NCBI GenBank assembly: GCA_965287045.1
Contig: OZ336882.1
Location: 48,794,001-48,858,000, forward strand
Length of the DNA stretch: 64,000 nt
Direction: 5' to 3'
Source of the DNA: Carcharhinus amblyrhynchos
Taxonomy: Eukaryota
How positions within the stretch are numbered: position 1 is the stretch's first letter; the number at the start of each line of letters is the position of its first letter. This document shows, piece after piece, positions 50,494 through 62,917 of the stretch. Under the pieces are notes generated by a model. It searched no databases, was not told the DNA's origin, and saw nothing but the letters and a program-made list of their open reading frames with translations. A program made the translations under genes and the position numbers.

Positions 50494-52569
50494 ACAAATG
50501 AAGTTTCATGCCTTACCAAGTTCAAAGTATTCTGGAAGCAGTGATTGGATTCTTGAAATACTCCTTATTGAGAGCATTGCTTTTTTCCTTCAGACATAAT
50601 ATACTTGTTGCTTAAGACGCTTCATCCAAAAGATAGCATCCCCAGAAGTGTAGGACTCCCTCAAAACTGCGTTGAACCTTCAGCCTAGATTATGTGCTTA
50701 AATCTCTGGAATGGGGAGATTAGCTGACTCTGGTGAGAATGCAATCACTAACCCAAGATTGAATCAAGTTCAGGGTGGCATTTTTTGGACTGCTCCATCT
50801 GGCTCCAAAAGGAAGAAGTATTAGTCAGTCCACATCCACACTTTGACCATTGCTAATTAGTGCACAAACCTTGGTACTAATCAGCACATGTAGTCCCATA
50901 AGCAGAAAATCTTTTGCTATCTGGCATGTTCCCCAGGATTAATGGTTTAATTGATTTGCAACATTTAGCCATTATGCAGTAATGCCAAGGCTTAATAAAT
51001 CAAAAGGATCTTCACTGCTTTAATGTGCAAATAACATATGGCCATGATCTCTGTATTATGCAAGTCAATGTCCACTCTTCCAACCATAATTATCATGCAG
51101 ACGTCCTGTGCATAACCAATGTTAAACACTTGTTCCATGCGAAGGAAGGCTTTACAACTGAGTGATGAGAATATTGGTATGCACCTTCTGTTCAGCTCGT
51201 ACAGCAGATCGCATTTGCAATACAATTCCTGCCTGGACCAGAGCGCTGATCTGCATGATGAAGCAGGATATCAAATGCCTGAGTACCTTCAGAAATGTTC
51301 AAGAGGGTAACTGAAGCTAAAGGCTCTTTGTAGTGCATATCGGGAGACAACAAAAATGAGATGGTCATGTGGCAATGGGGTGCCCTGATCTGCTGAAACA
51401 AATAAGAACTCCTGCAAGCCTTCTGTCGTGGTACTCTACAACACAGCTCTTACTGTGTAGAAACCAATCCTCTCACCTTCCTGCACTTCGTCACTGAATG
51501 CTACCACAGCTACAGTGCATGTATTCATGTCAAATGCATATTTACTCAGTCTCACTTAGTCAGACCAAGACAGTACGCCCCAGTTTCTGACAAATGGTGG
51601 ACATGAAACCTTGAGTTGAGATATTTTTCTTGTCGCCATATAATGAATGATGCATGGGAGCAAACATTTTCAGTGTTCAATGATCCCTTTTACAATTCTG
51701 TTGATTGCTTTGAAATATCCTTGCATTTAACAACCTGCTAATATGCTTCAATTATGCATCTATCCATTTACTGCATAAATTGATTGCATTTTTCTTTTAT
51801 AAAAAGAGAAAGCATCAAATAATTCTTTGTACTGAGCCAAGAGAATAAGCAGTGAAATGCAGGACATGCATGAAGCTGAGAGAAAAAACGTAAATGGCAA
51901 TTGTTACAATCCTCATATAGACCGATAACTTTAAAAAACAAAATTCAAACTTCCAGTTGATAGCTGAAAGGATGGACATGATAAGATTTCACATTTACTG
52001 CAACAGAAAGACTAAACATACTTTTGATTAAATAATATTGAGGCAGGCATCTTATACTTTAACCCACAAAAATAATATTCCTCTTTATCTTTTAGCACAA
52101 CTAATAATGCAATTCACAGACATACTTTACACCATCCTTTGAGTAGGCATGCAATTCTCCTGGAACCAGTCTAGGTGCTTCTAAGAGTGTTTACTTCTGT
52201 TCTTTTCCTTTCTCAGGCTGGGATCATTTAGTCTCGGAGCTATCTTTCACAATGAGGTTTTTCCCTGAAAATTATTATTCTAGAATAAGCTATAGAACTT
52301 GTTCCTCATTAATTTAATCTTTTCATTCTGAGTGTGATCTCCCACCTGCAAGGTGAACCACAAAGTCCTGCTGGATATAGCTGCTCTACCTCTCAATAAT
52401 TTAAGAAGATTAATCATGTTTGTGAATTATCAGGGATATTTCTCAAAGCCCATCTCAATGGCAGTGAGTCATATGGGCCTATGTATCCAGGCAGAAATGC
52501 TGAATAGTAATTAACACCAGCTCTCTTATTTTGGAATAAGTGGACAGTTAAAAGTACAAATCATGATAA

Positions 52570-53290
52570 TCTGACATTCTTAACCATCTCCTTCTGACAT
52601 TCAATGGTGTTATCATCATTGATTCCCCCACGGTCAATATTCTTGGGCTGACTATTGACCAGAAACTCAACTAGACTCACCACATGAATGCAATGGCTAC
52701 AAGAGCAGGTCAGAGGCTAGGAAGTGATGAGTAACTCATCTCCTGGCTCCCCAAAGTCTGTCCACCATCTACAAGGCATAAGCCAGGAGTGTGATGGAAT
52801 ACTCCCCACTTGACTGGATGGGTGCAACTCCAACAACACTCAAGAACATCAACACTATCCAGGTCAAAGCAGCCTGCTTGGTTGGGACCACATTCACAAA
52901 CATCCACTCCCTCCACCACTGACATTCAGGAGCACAGTGTGTACTATCTGCAAGATGCACTGCAGGAATTCACCAAAGTTCCTTAGACAACACCTTCCAA
53001 ACCCATGATCACTTCCAACTAGAAGGACAATACATATGGGAACATCCACAACCTGTAAGTTCCCTTCCAAACCACTCAGCATCCTGACTTGGAAATATAT
53101 CACCGTTCCTTCACAGTCTTTGGGTCAAAATCCTGGAATTCCCTCCCTAAAAGCATTGTGGGTCAACCCACATCACGCGGACTGCAGTGTTTCAAGAAGG
53201 CAGCTCACCACCACTTTTCAAGAGAAACTAGGGATGGGCAATTAATGTCGGCCAGCCAGCAATGCTCATGTCCACAAATGAATTAAAAAA
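52570..53290 (+). mobile_element. CR1/L2-group LINE 3' end, distinct from the HE1-partner CR1
   Basis: VNILGLTIDQKLN...LSTIYKAxARSVMEYSPLDW...GSKSWNSLP..FKKAAHHHF; tail fragments also at 10370-10460 and 10870-10975. Confidence 0.8.
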
Positions 53291-54486
53291 AAATTCTGAG
53301 GCTTTGAATGCTCACAATCTGCTCACTGTTAGCACACAGACTGCTACAATTACCTCCAAGTGTAAATATCCTGTACCTTCTTCCCAGTAAAACAATGGGC
53401 CCCTCCGCTTAATCCCGAGCAGACTTGCTGGCAGATTTCAGTATAGATCATATGATTCCCTTCGTTTCTCACAAATTAAAGATGCAGTCTCAAAATCATG
53501 ACAGCCTTATAAACAATATAATTGGAGCGCTCAGGGCCAGTTGAATGTTGGACAGAGCCATGTGGACCATGGAGACAGCTCCAAACTTGTACCTTTTACT
53601 GGATATTTGTAAATAATGGTAAAAGACTTGTATTTAACTACCAGGTAACTACAAAGACTTCTTCAGACCTACTGAACTATAACCAACAAACTAGTACAAG
53701 CTTGAGCAGATTGAATGCAACTTTTTGATTGATTGGGTGTGGGTGGCAAAGTATTGGACTTGGGGCTGCAAGGGGCTGTGTGGAGATAAGGTATTCTAGA
53801 GCACAAGGCTTTGTTATTTATTCTGTTAGCTTAGGCTGGTTGCTTCTAAAGTCTCAGTGCAATTGTGTGTATTTTTTAACATACGACTAGTGGTACAGGA
53901 GTTGGGAGTTGTAGATTTTGGATCAAAACATTGTACTTCAAATAGGTAGACTGGATTTTGATGTGGAACCATGATCGGTTGTTCATGAGGGCTGGCAGGA
54001 TGCACTGAGCTGTGAGTGATTGTGGGGTAAGGGAGTGGCAGGGCTGAGTGAAGCTATTAAATAAATTAGAAGATATAATGGGTTGGTTTCTGTTTTTCTT
54101 CTCTAATGTGTTCTGTGTGTTTACTTTCAGCCATGTTGAGGGATCAAGAACTTTTACAACAGTTTATCTCAGTGTTGTTTCTCTGTGGAACACAACTGAG
54201 TGGAACATTTCAATAGAATGTAATTGAAAAGGAAATTGAAGAATGGTTTTCCAGACTACATTTCAGTGTGTTATGATAATAGAAAATGATCCCAGAAGCA
54301 AAAACATTTAAACAGATGAGGAAAAAGAAAATTGGTACTGAGCAGTAACTCTCAGATTACACACTTGAGCACAAAAAAAATCCTTAATACAAAAATACTG
54401 CTAAAGTCAACATTGCATTTCTGATACTTTCCAAAAGGCATTGCTGGCTGATTTTAAAATTAATTTATATTTTCTGTTGGAAAGGA

Positions 54487-54800
54487 AGGCATGGTGGCAC
54501 AATGGTTAGCACTGTTGCCTCACATACCAGGGACCTGGTTTCGATTCCCAGCCTGTGTCACTGTTTGTGTGGAGTTTGCACATTCTCCCTGTGTTTGCAT
54601 GGGTTTCCTCCAGGTGCTCCAGTTTCCTGCCACAGCCCAAAGATGTGCGGGTTAGGTGGATTGGCTAAATTTCCGCTTAGCGTCAGGGGGACGAGGTAGG
54701 GTAAATGCATGGTGTTGTGGGGATAGGGCCCGGGTGGGATTGTGATGCAGACTAGATGGGCCGAATGGCCTCCTGCACTGTGGGATTCTATGATTCTAAG
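54487..54800 (+). mobile_element. HE1-like V-SINE
   Basis: Head, B box ggtttcgattccc, V-domain, tail gggattctatgattcta. Confidence 0.9.
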
Positions 54801-55066
54801 ACTGCAAACAGGTCAGTAGAATAAAAACGAGAAGAAATCTGATCATACATCGTTTAATACAATGATAGTGCATGTGATGGCTATAGATTTATGCAAAGCC
54901 CAAAATAAATTCAGAGAAAAATAAACTTCAATATTTCATATCTTAAAGTAATGTAATAAATTTAGGAAAACTGACATTAATATGTCAACAGATGAATACA
55001 ATTAAACTGCTTTGGGTTAGAATTGCATTGCAGATCAATATCTGGAATAATGACTGATTATAAGGG

Positions 55067-55230
55067 TAGTAAAAAGTCTGACAACACCAGGTTTTAGTCC
55101 AACCTATTTATTTGATAATATACTCGCAAGCTTGCGAGTATATTATCAAATAAATAGGTTGGACTAAAACCTGGTGTTGTCAGACTTTTTACTGTGTTTA
55201 CGCCAGTCCAACGCCGGCATACCCACATCA
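55067..55230 (+). mobile_element. Penelope-like element containing a perfect 126-bp palindrome
   Basis: 55068-55130 is the exact reverse complement of 55131-55193; TSD tgattataaggg at 55055-55066 and 55231-55242. Confidence 0.88.
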
Positions 55231-56168
55231 TGATTATAAGGGACCAGGATATGTGCCAATATAAGGAATTTCATTGAATAAATGGCTATTTTGTTACACA
55301 TTATACTTTATAATGCCTCTGTTCTGCCAAATTGGAACTATTCACAAAGTAATGCAGATAGGTAAGAGATAAATGGAGCACAAGCCAATTGTTCCCTCGG
55401 GATTGTGACTGGATAAGTTCAAACTCAGTAGGAGCTTGCTATGCGAGAAGCTAAAGAAGGAAACAGTCCATTATGAAGAACAATGATGTTGCAGGGAGTC
55501 AGAAAGAAAAGAAATAACATTGGACGTGCCATAGAAAGGACTTTCTTAACAAAGTCACCAACATGGTGGGCAATAACAAATGGCACAGCATGTGTAATTC
55601 TGAAAGTTTATTGAAGCTGCAGATTCTTGTTATGACAACAGATAAAGTTCAGACTTGTCCACCCAAACACCATAATCTATCGATGCTTTTCCATATGTAT
55701 TTACAGCCCAGAAACTAAGCCAGGTTTTCATTGTTTTTAATAAGGTTCTGGATCTTTGGGTGGATAAAGTGATTGATGGTACTGGTCATTGTGTGTGTGT
55801 GTGAGCATCATTTGAGTGAGTTTCATCAGACTTTCTCTGTGCTGGTGGCAGAGGTTGGTGCCCACGGTCTTGAAGGAGGAAAATAAATGCATGAATATGA
55901 GCAGCTACTTGAGGAAAATGGACAGAATAAATAAATAGATAAAGACAAAGTTAACAAGGGTGAAAGAAGAAATGTCATAGATCAGCAAAGGTCAGATTTG
56001 GGCTCTGTGCATTCATCATTAAGCTTCCAAACATATCAGCAAGCGCCAAGCAAATATACCCGATCATATAGATAACTACCTTCACAGGCTTCAGATCAGA
56101 CAAGTGTACAAGCACAATAGGGATGCATCACCAGTAATAAAGAAAATCATAGAGCAGTTATAGATACT

Positions 56169-56295
56169 GGATGGAATTTTACTGTCCTGCCCGTCCTGGG
56201 AATTGCAGTGGGTGGGACACAGATCGTGCAAAGGTCCATTGACCTCAGGTTGGATTTTCCTGACTTGGGGCACACACGGCTGGAAAATCCCACCC
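56169..56295. mobile_element. MITE, same family
   Basis: ggatggaattttac ... ggaaaatcccaccc. Confidence 0.65.
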
Positions 56296-56304
56296 AAAGA
56301 GTGA

Positions 56305-56488
56305 TAGGAGGTAGGTTCAAGACTTAGATGAGGAGAAACTACTTCTCTCAGAGGCTGTGAATCTTACTGCCCTAGAGGGCAGTGGAGGCAGAATCAATCA
56401 ACAGATTCAAGAAAGAAATAGATATATTTCTGATAAAAAAGTGGGATAAAGGGCTATGGGGAGCAGGCAGGAAATTGGAATTGAGACC
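56305..56488 (+). mobile_element. CR1 3' fragment
   Basis: gatgaggagaaactacttctctcagagg (MRRNYFSQR). Confidence 0.75.
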
Positions 56489-56969
56489 TTCATGTGGACT
56501 CCATAAAAAACTTCAGAGTTTCTAACCTGAACCACAACATAATATCCATCTTATCCTCCACCTGTTCTTGTTCTTTTCCGACTATCTAATCAAATATCCT
56601 TTCTGATGATTGAACTTCACTCATTGATTTCTCTTCCTGTCTTAACCCGTGATTTTATGACCTTGTTACTAAACAATCAGGGAAATTCCCAGGATATGCA
56701 TCCTTCAACAACTCAGTTGTTCGGCTCTCCACTGGCTTTTCAACCACAGTAGGCATCACTCTCTCCTTTGATCCAGCTATATCGTTCCCCAAGATAAATT
56801 GTATCCCTGGACAAGATAATTTCTCTACTATTCCCACTACTATTTCATTACTCTTCACTGGACTCTCCACCTTCACCTTATATAATGGAACAGTACTCCT
56901 CTCACACTGAATTCCACATATTACCACCTTTTCTGGCAATACTCCTCCCAAACTGCATGACTCCTCATC

Positions 56970-58490
56970 CTCTAACAGAAATCTTTGTTTCTTCATTGGC
57001 CACTGGCAAGGTACCAGAGGATTTGAGGGAAAATTCAACAGTCTCTTCCTCCTAATCGTCAACATTACTGTCCAGCTCATCTGTGTCCATGCCTCCTCTC
57101 CTCAGATGTTGGGGTTTCTGCTCTGCATATATCTGAGTGGCCTTCTCACAATATTTATGGAATTCTTCCATTTTCTTGTGTTGCTTACCTACCAATGTTG
57201 TCTCGTTATTTAAGAAGGGCAGCAAGGGTAACCCAGATAAGTATAGGCCAGTGAACTTGACGTCAGTAATAGTGAAACTGTTGGAGAAGATTCTGAGGAA
57301 TAGAATCTATACACATTTGGAACTGAACGGTCTTGTTAGTGACAGACAGCATGGTTTTGTATGTGGGTGGTCATGTCTTACTAATTTAATTGACTTTTTT
57401 GAGAAGGTGAAAACAATGATTGATGAGGGAAGAGCTGTGGATGTTGTCTACATGGACTTTGATAAGACATTTGACAAGGTCTCTCATGGCAGGCTGGTGC
57501 AAAAGTTTAAATCTCACAAATCAATGGTGAACTAGCTAGATGGATTCAGAACTGGCTTGGCCATAGAAGATAGAGGGTAGATGTGGAAGGGTGTTTTTCT
57601 GAATGGAGTTCTGTAACTAGTGGTGTTCTGCAGGGATCAGTGCTAGGACATCTGCTGTTTGTAATATATATATAAATGGAAGAAAACATAGCTGATCTGA
57701 TTAGCAAGTTTGCAGATAATACTAAGATTGGTGGAGCTGCAGATGGTGATGAAGATTGTCAGAGAATACAGCAGGATATAGATAGGCTGGAAAATTGGAA
57801 TATAATGTAGACAAATGCAAGGTGAAGCATTTTGGTAGATCCAATTCAGGTGGAGCTATAAAATAAATGGCAAAACAATCCAGAGCATAGACACACAGAG
57901 AGATGTGGGAGTACAGGTTCATTGATCCTTAAGAGTGGCAGCACAGATGGACAAGGTGATGAAGAAAGCATCAGACGAGGCATCAAGGAGAAATTCTGGT
58001 CACCGCATTACCAGAAGGACACAGAGACTTCGGAGAGAGTGCAGAAAAGGTTTACCAGGATGATGCCTTGTATGGAGGAGAGATTGAATAAACTGGGTTT
58101 ATTCTCCCTGGAAAGATGAAGTCTGAGGGGTGACCTGATAGAAATTTATAAAATTACGAGAGGTATAGATAGAGTGAACAATTGGAAGATTTTTCCCTGG
58201 GCAGAAATGACGACTCAAGGGGGCACAAGTTCAAGATAAGGGGGGAAAGGTTCAGTGGGGATGTGCAGGGGAAGTTTTTTTACATGGACGGTAGTTGGGG
58301 CCTGAAATGCACTGCCAAGTGAGGTGGTTGAGGTGGTTACACGAGCTGCATTTAAGACTTACCTTGATAGGCATATGAACAAACAGGGAATAGGGTGATA
58401 CAAGTGGTTAGTTTAGATAGGTAAGTATGATTGGTGCAGGCTTGGAGGACTGAAGGACTTGTTCCTGTGCTGTGCTGTTCTTTGTTCTTT
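56970..58490 (+). mobile_element. 5'-truncated CR1 LINE inserted in the Gypsy protease
   Basis: LTEIFVSSLATGKVPEDLR / NVVSLFKKG..YRPVNLTS..QHGF..SCLTNL..DVVYMDFDKTFDKV..KFADNTK; tail (gttcttt)n. Confidence 0.93.
57029..57195 (-). pseudogene. EIF3B: Processed fragment of eukaryotic translation initiation factor 3 subunit B (C-terminal coding region)
   Basis: Minus translation [54 protein letters not shown] aligns with the vertebrate eIF3b C-terminus as I recall it ([56 protein letters not shown]); W>stop and several R>H/C/Q changes. Confidence 0.9.
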
Positions 58491-61197
58491 TCCCATTAAA
58501 AATTGACTTACTGCCATATCTCTTAAAACTTTAACTTCTTTACCTACTCTTCCTGGTGCACATGAGTAAACTTTACCCACGCAAATAAATTCTTTAAAGA
58601 TATCTGGCAACTTATCAATCAACTTCTGACTAGGCTGTACATTCTTTTGCACCTCTTTCGCTTCACTTGGACTTTCCTTTGCCACTTCAACAAACCCCAC
58701 TGGCTTATCCTGTTTTACCATGCCAGTCTTCCCAGTGCTTTTCCTAAACCACCAACATTACAACTTTGCATGCCTAATTTATTACAGTGAAGACATCTAA
58801 GGTTTTTCATTTCTCTTCCAACCTCCTGTACTTCCTTCTTAACCTAAGGTACACTGTCATTATTATCTCCCACAAGATCTCCTTTACCATTTGAAGATTT
58901 CTCTTTTCCTCAGTTCCTATCCCTCACAGGCTGAAACTGGTATCGGAAACCAAACCTTGATTTATGAACCAATTCAGAATCATCTGCCACTTCTTCTGCT
59001 AACCTCGTAGTTTTAACCCTCTGCTCTCCCATATGAGTTCTCACTACGCCAGGAAGTTAATTTTTAAACTCCTCCAAAATAATCATTTCTCTAAGAGCTT
59101 CATATGTCTGGTCCATTTTCAGAGGCCTTATCCACCTATCAAAATGATTCTGTTTGGTCTTTTCAAATTCTATGTACGTTTGGTAAGGAAATCTAAGGAA
59201 ACTTAGATTTCTAAACCACTGCAGTAAACTTTTGGCATTAGTTCATATGCACCTAAGATGGATTTTTTAAACTTCAACATACTTCCCAAATACCTCCTCT
59301 GATACTGAATCAAACAATTCATTAGCTCTACCAACTTTTTTGCATCAATAATACCCACATGATCTGTGGCCATTTCATTTGTTTAGCCACTTTCTCAGAT
59401 TAAATGAGAAAAGCTTTTACATCCTTCTCCTCAAGCCTTGGCAATGTTTGGACATATTTAAATAGATCCCCACCAAGCCTTTGATAATAAAACTCTTGCT
59501 CCTTCTCATTGTCCTCATCACTAACTTCAAATTGTACTTTTCCCTTTACCTCCACTAAACTTCAACTGACATTCTCTTTTTATTGCCAGTATCCAAAGTT
59601 CAAATGCTCTCTCTTTTCTTTTTCCTCTCTCTCCTGCCCTTTTCTGCTGCAATTTCATCCCTTTCTTTGGTTTTCGCTACTCTCTTTATTTATTTCAAAT
59701 TCAAGCTGCTTTCATTCTTTTTCGTGTTCAAGCTGTTTCATTTGTAATTAAATTCTAGCCATTTTCAATGATTCTGACTGTGTTCCTGGCAATTTTAAAT
59801 GCTGAGCTATCATCACAATTATCTTCCCTTTCCTTACGATGCTAGGTAATGTCAACTACGAGGTTTTCGCCAATTCCTAAAGCTTTGTTTCAGTAAACCA
59901 CCTTGCATGAGTTCGTCCGCCCCCAGGAAGTTCTTAGCCTCTGAAAGAGCCATTATTCTACAAGCCATTATTTTGCATGAAAATTCTGATGATAATTGTT
60001 TCTGCCAAAGAAATAAATTGATCAAGGAAAATAGCTATTAAGAAGTAGTCGAGTACTTTTGAATCACAACATGGTTTATATAATGTAGAATAGTGCAGCG
60101 ATTTATAGTGAACATCTTTGAAAGGTGATTATACATTATCCTGCCTTCTGCGGCACCAAGTCCCTTGATTAGCAGATGGTTAAGAAAAAGTTAATAGCTT
60201 CTTTATATCATGTTCCAAGGCTTCAATTCAAACTCAGCAGTAAAATCCAAACACCAGACACAATGTAGCTGCCTAGTTTATATTGATGATTCTCAGTTGA
60301 ATAACTCTATGATGTTTTACCACTGTTGTGAAAATGTAGTTCATAGTTCTTGTGTAGAATACAACTTTTAGCTTTAGAAATTAAAGTTTTAGCTGGTGAC
60401 AGGTGCGGGGTGGGGGGGGGGGGGTGGAGTTTATTTTAAATGCAGTGAATATCTGATTTAAATACAATTCATCCAAAATTAAGTGAATTAAAATTCAAAT
60501 ATTGGGGCCATGTTAACTTAAGAGATTCATAGGTAGAAGGGTAAGGTCATTAAACACCTAGTGGTCTTACTTAGCTAAAGAAATGGAGACATGACACCTA
60601 CAATCCTTGCAATAAGGGCAGTCTAGAGAGATATTTTAGTTTCATGGCTAAGTTAATTTAAAAGCATTTGGTGAACCCTGAAATTTTATGAATTGATTTC
60701 TTTCATTGGATCAAAGAAGGAATTTTAAATGATCGATACTTAATCTACAGGCCAGTTTGAGGAGATTGCAGGGGATACAATGCCATCATAGACATGGGTG
60801 GAGCTGAGGGAAGTTCTCTGGTTTCAATTTATCTGGGTATTTTCTGAGAGAGTTAGTTGCAGTTTAGACCGGTTGTGTACAATTTGCAGCTCACTCAGAG
60901 AAGACAGCCATGTGGAATGTGGTTAGGACCCAACCTCAGTTTTGATCCCATGATGGAAAAGAAATTAGAAAATTGCCAAGTACGAAGTTCATGAAAAAAT
61001 ACGCAGAGATCCTCACACAACTTTGTGCCAAATGAAGGCACCCAGCAGCTTATTTTGGACGTATTAAGAAGACCACTAGAATAAAGGATTGAAGCAACTA
61101 CAATCAATTGATAGTAAATAATTTTATCTCAGAGAATAGCTAGAACTGAGACAAATTAAAGTAGTTTCCAGAGGCCTTATATATTTTGATTTTTTAA

Positions 61198-61550
61198 ATT
61201 TGATTTATTATTGTCACATGCATTAACATACAGTGAAAAGTATTGTTTCATGCAAGCTACACAGACAAAGCATATCATTCATAGAGAAGGAAACAAGAGA
61301 GTGTGGAATGTACTACTACACTCATAGCTAGGATGTAGAGAAAGATCAACTTAATGCAAGGTAAGTCCATTCAAAAGTCTGACAGCAGCTGGGAAGTAGC
61401 TGGTCTTGAATCTATTGGTATGTGATCTCACACTTTTATATCTAGGTGGAAGAGAGACTGTCTGGGGTGCATGGAATTCTTAATTATGCTGGTTTGCGTG
61501 ATGGATTGGGCTACATTCACGACCTTTTGTACTATTGGGTGGTCCCAATC
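61198..61550 (-). mobile_element. Rex1/Babar-type LINE 3' end
   Basis: VQKVVNVAQSITQTSIIKNSMHPRQSLFHL and the same 3' UTR as 561-787. Confidence 0.82.
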
Positions 61551-61749
61551 GAAGTTAATAGCTCTAAGATACCATAAAGTATGAGATAATTCTTGGGGGA
61601 GTAAAAAGTAAAACTGAGTGCATAGCATTCATAGTTATAGATCATTTGTTAAGTTAATAATGCATGTTTTGTGGGAGTTGTTCACATACAATAATGTTTG
61701 TTTTTGTTTAAAAATGTGAAATCATGTCACACAGTTCTCATAATGATGT

Positions 61750-62022
61750 CTCACAGTGCAAGGGATTCCAGCCTCGGGTCACTGTTTGTGAGGAGTCTGC
61801 ACATTCTCCATTTGTCTGCGTGGGTTTCCTCCGGGTACTCCAGTTTCCACCCACAGTCCAAAGATGTGTGGGTTATGTTGATGGCTATGATAAATTGACC
61901 CTAGTGTCAGGGGATTAGCAGGGTTGCAGGAATAGGGCCTGGGTGGGATTGTGGTCAGTGTAGACTCAATGGGCTGAATGGCCTCCTTCTGCACTGTAGT
62001 GATTCTATTCTATTCTATTCTA
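61750..62022 (+). mobile_element. HE1-like V-SINE, head partly missing
   Basis: V-domain and tail gcactgtagtgattctattctattct. Confidence 0.88.
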
Positions 62023-62394
62023 AATATTAGCAATCCTTAACTGGATTGTAACACTGTCATTGTGCATGGCATGTGGGCATATCATTTGATTTATGCTTGT
62101 TTACCTTGCTTTATAAAATTTACAAAAGAAAAAATTTGATGGGTGGAATGGTTGCATATGGAAAATGGAATAACATAAATGAAGACTGGAAATGAACTTC
62201 ATAGTGATGTTAGTGATATTCCTAGCTGCCTTTGAGTTACTTCAACTATACCCCAGAGATTGCTTTAATCCTTTTGAAAATTAATTTAAAATGAAAAATC
62301 CTTTATATTTATGATGTTAATTAGAAGTTAGAATGTGACACATTGTTGGATTTGAACATATAGCAATGACTTATACATAATAGAGTCTTGTAAG

Positions 62395-62765
62395 AAAGAT
62401 ATTGCAATGCTCATGGGTGATTTTAATCTCCCTACAATTTGGACAAATCAAATTAGTGAAGGTAGCTTTGAGGGTGAGTTCATAATGGTTTTTCGAGATA
62501 TTCAAGATATTCTTAGAATCATACATTCTGGAACAAACCTAGGAATCAGCTATGTTAGACAGTGTGATACATAATTTAACAAGCTTGATTAATGTTTTTA
62601 TTGTAAAGAATCCTCTCAGGAATAGTGATCATATTATGATGGAATTTCATATTCAGTTTGAGGATGAGAAACCTGGATCTAAAACTAGTGTCTTAAATTT
62701 AAATAAAGGCTGTTGCCAAGAAATATGGACAGAGTTGGCTAAAGTACATTACCAAACAGGTTAAA
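62395..62765 (+). mobile_element. CR1 APE-endonuclease region remnant
   Basis: MGDFNLP and LRNSDHIMMEF motifs; decayed. Confidence 0.75.
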
Positions 62766-62917
62766 ATTTGTAATCAGACATAAATTTACAATACACTTTA
62801 CACCCTATTAACTTCACTAACTAATCTATTTAAAGGGACCATTAGATTTCTATACTGCAGTTCACACTGTTATTTCATATTCCATCTCAATTTTTAAATT
62901 GTTATACAGCCTCCAGT

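Larger units (their letters stand above)
56540..59953 (-). mobile_element. Gmr1-like Gypsy LTR-retrotransposon gag-protease remnant (pieces 58491-59953 and 56540-56969)
   Basis: Minus ATG at 59953 (MALSEAKNFLG), coiled coil, capsid/SCAN-like motifs (KVAKQMKWP, IILEEFKN), decayed zinc knuckle CLHCNKLG, protease VLRDMAVSQFLM (from ILRDTGASQS) continuing as DEESCSLGG..FILGNDIAG..CLVTRS; many stops. Confidence 0.85.

Noticed and set aside
51902-53503. Possible solo LTR (tgtta...tgaca), with similar tgttatgac starts at 55628 and 63626
   Set aside because: No TSD, primer-binding site or second matching copy that I can verify.
54120-54225. Acceptor-like ttactttcag with an open frame
   Set aside because: The peptide (VVSLWN) resembles a decayed CR1 3' end.
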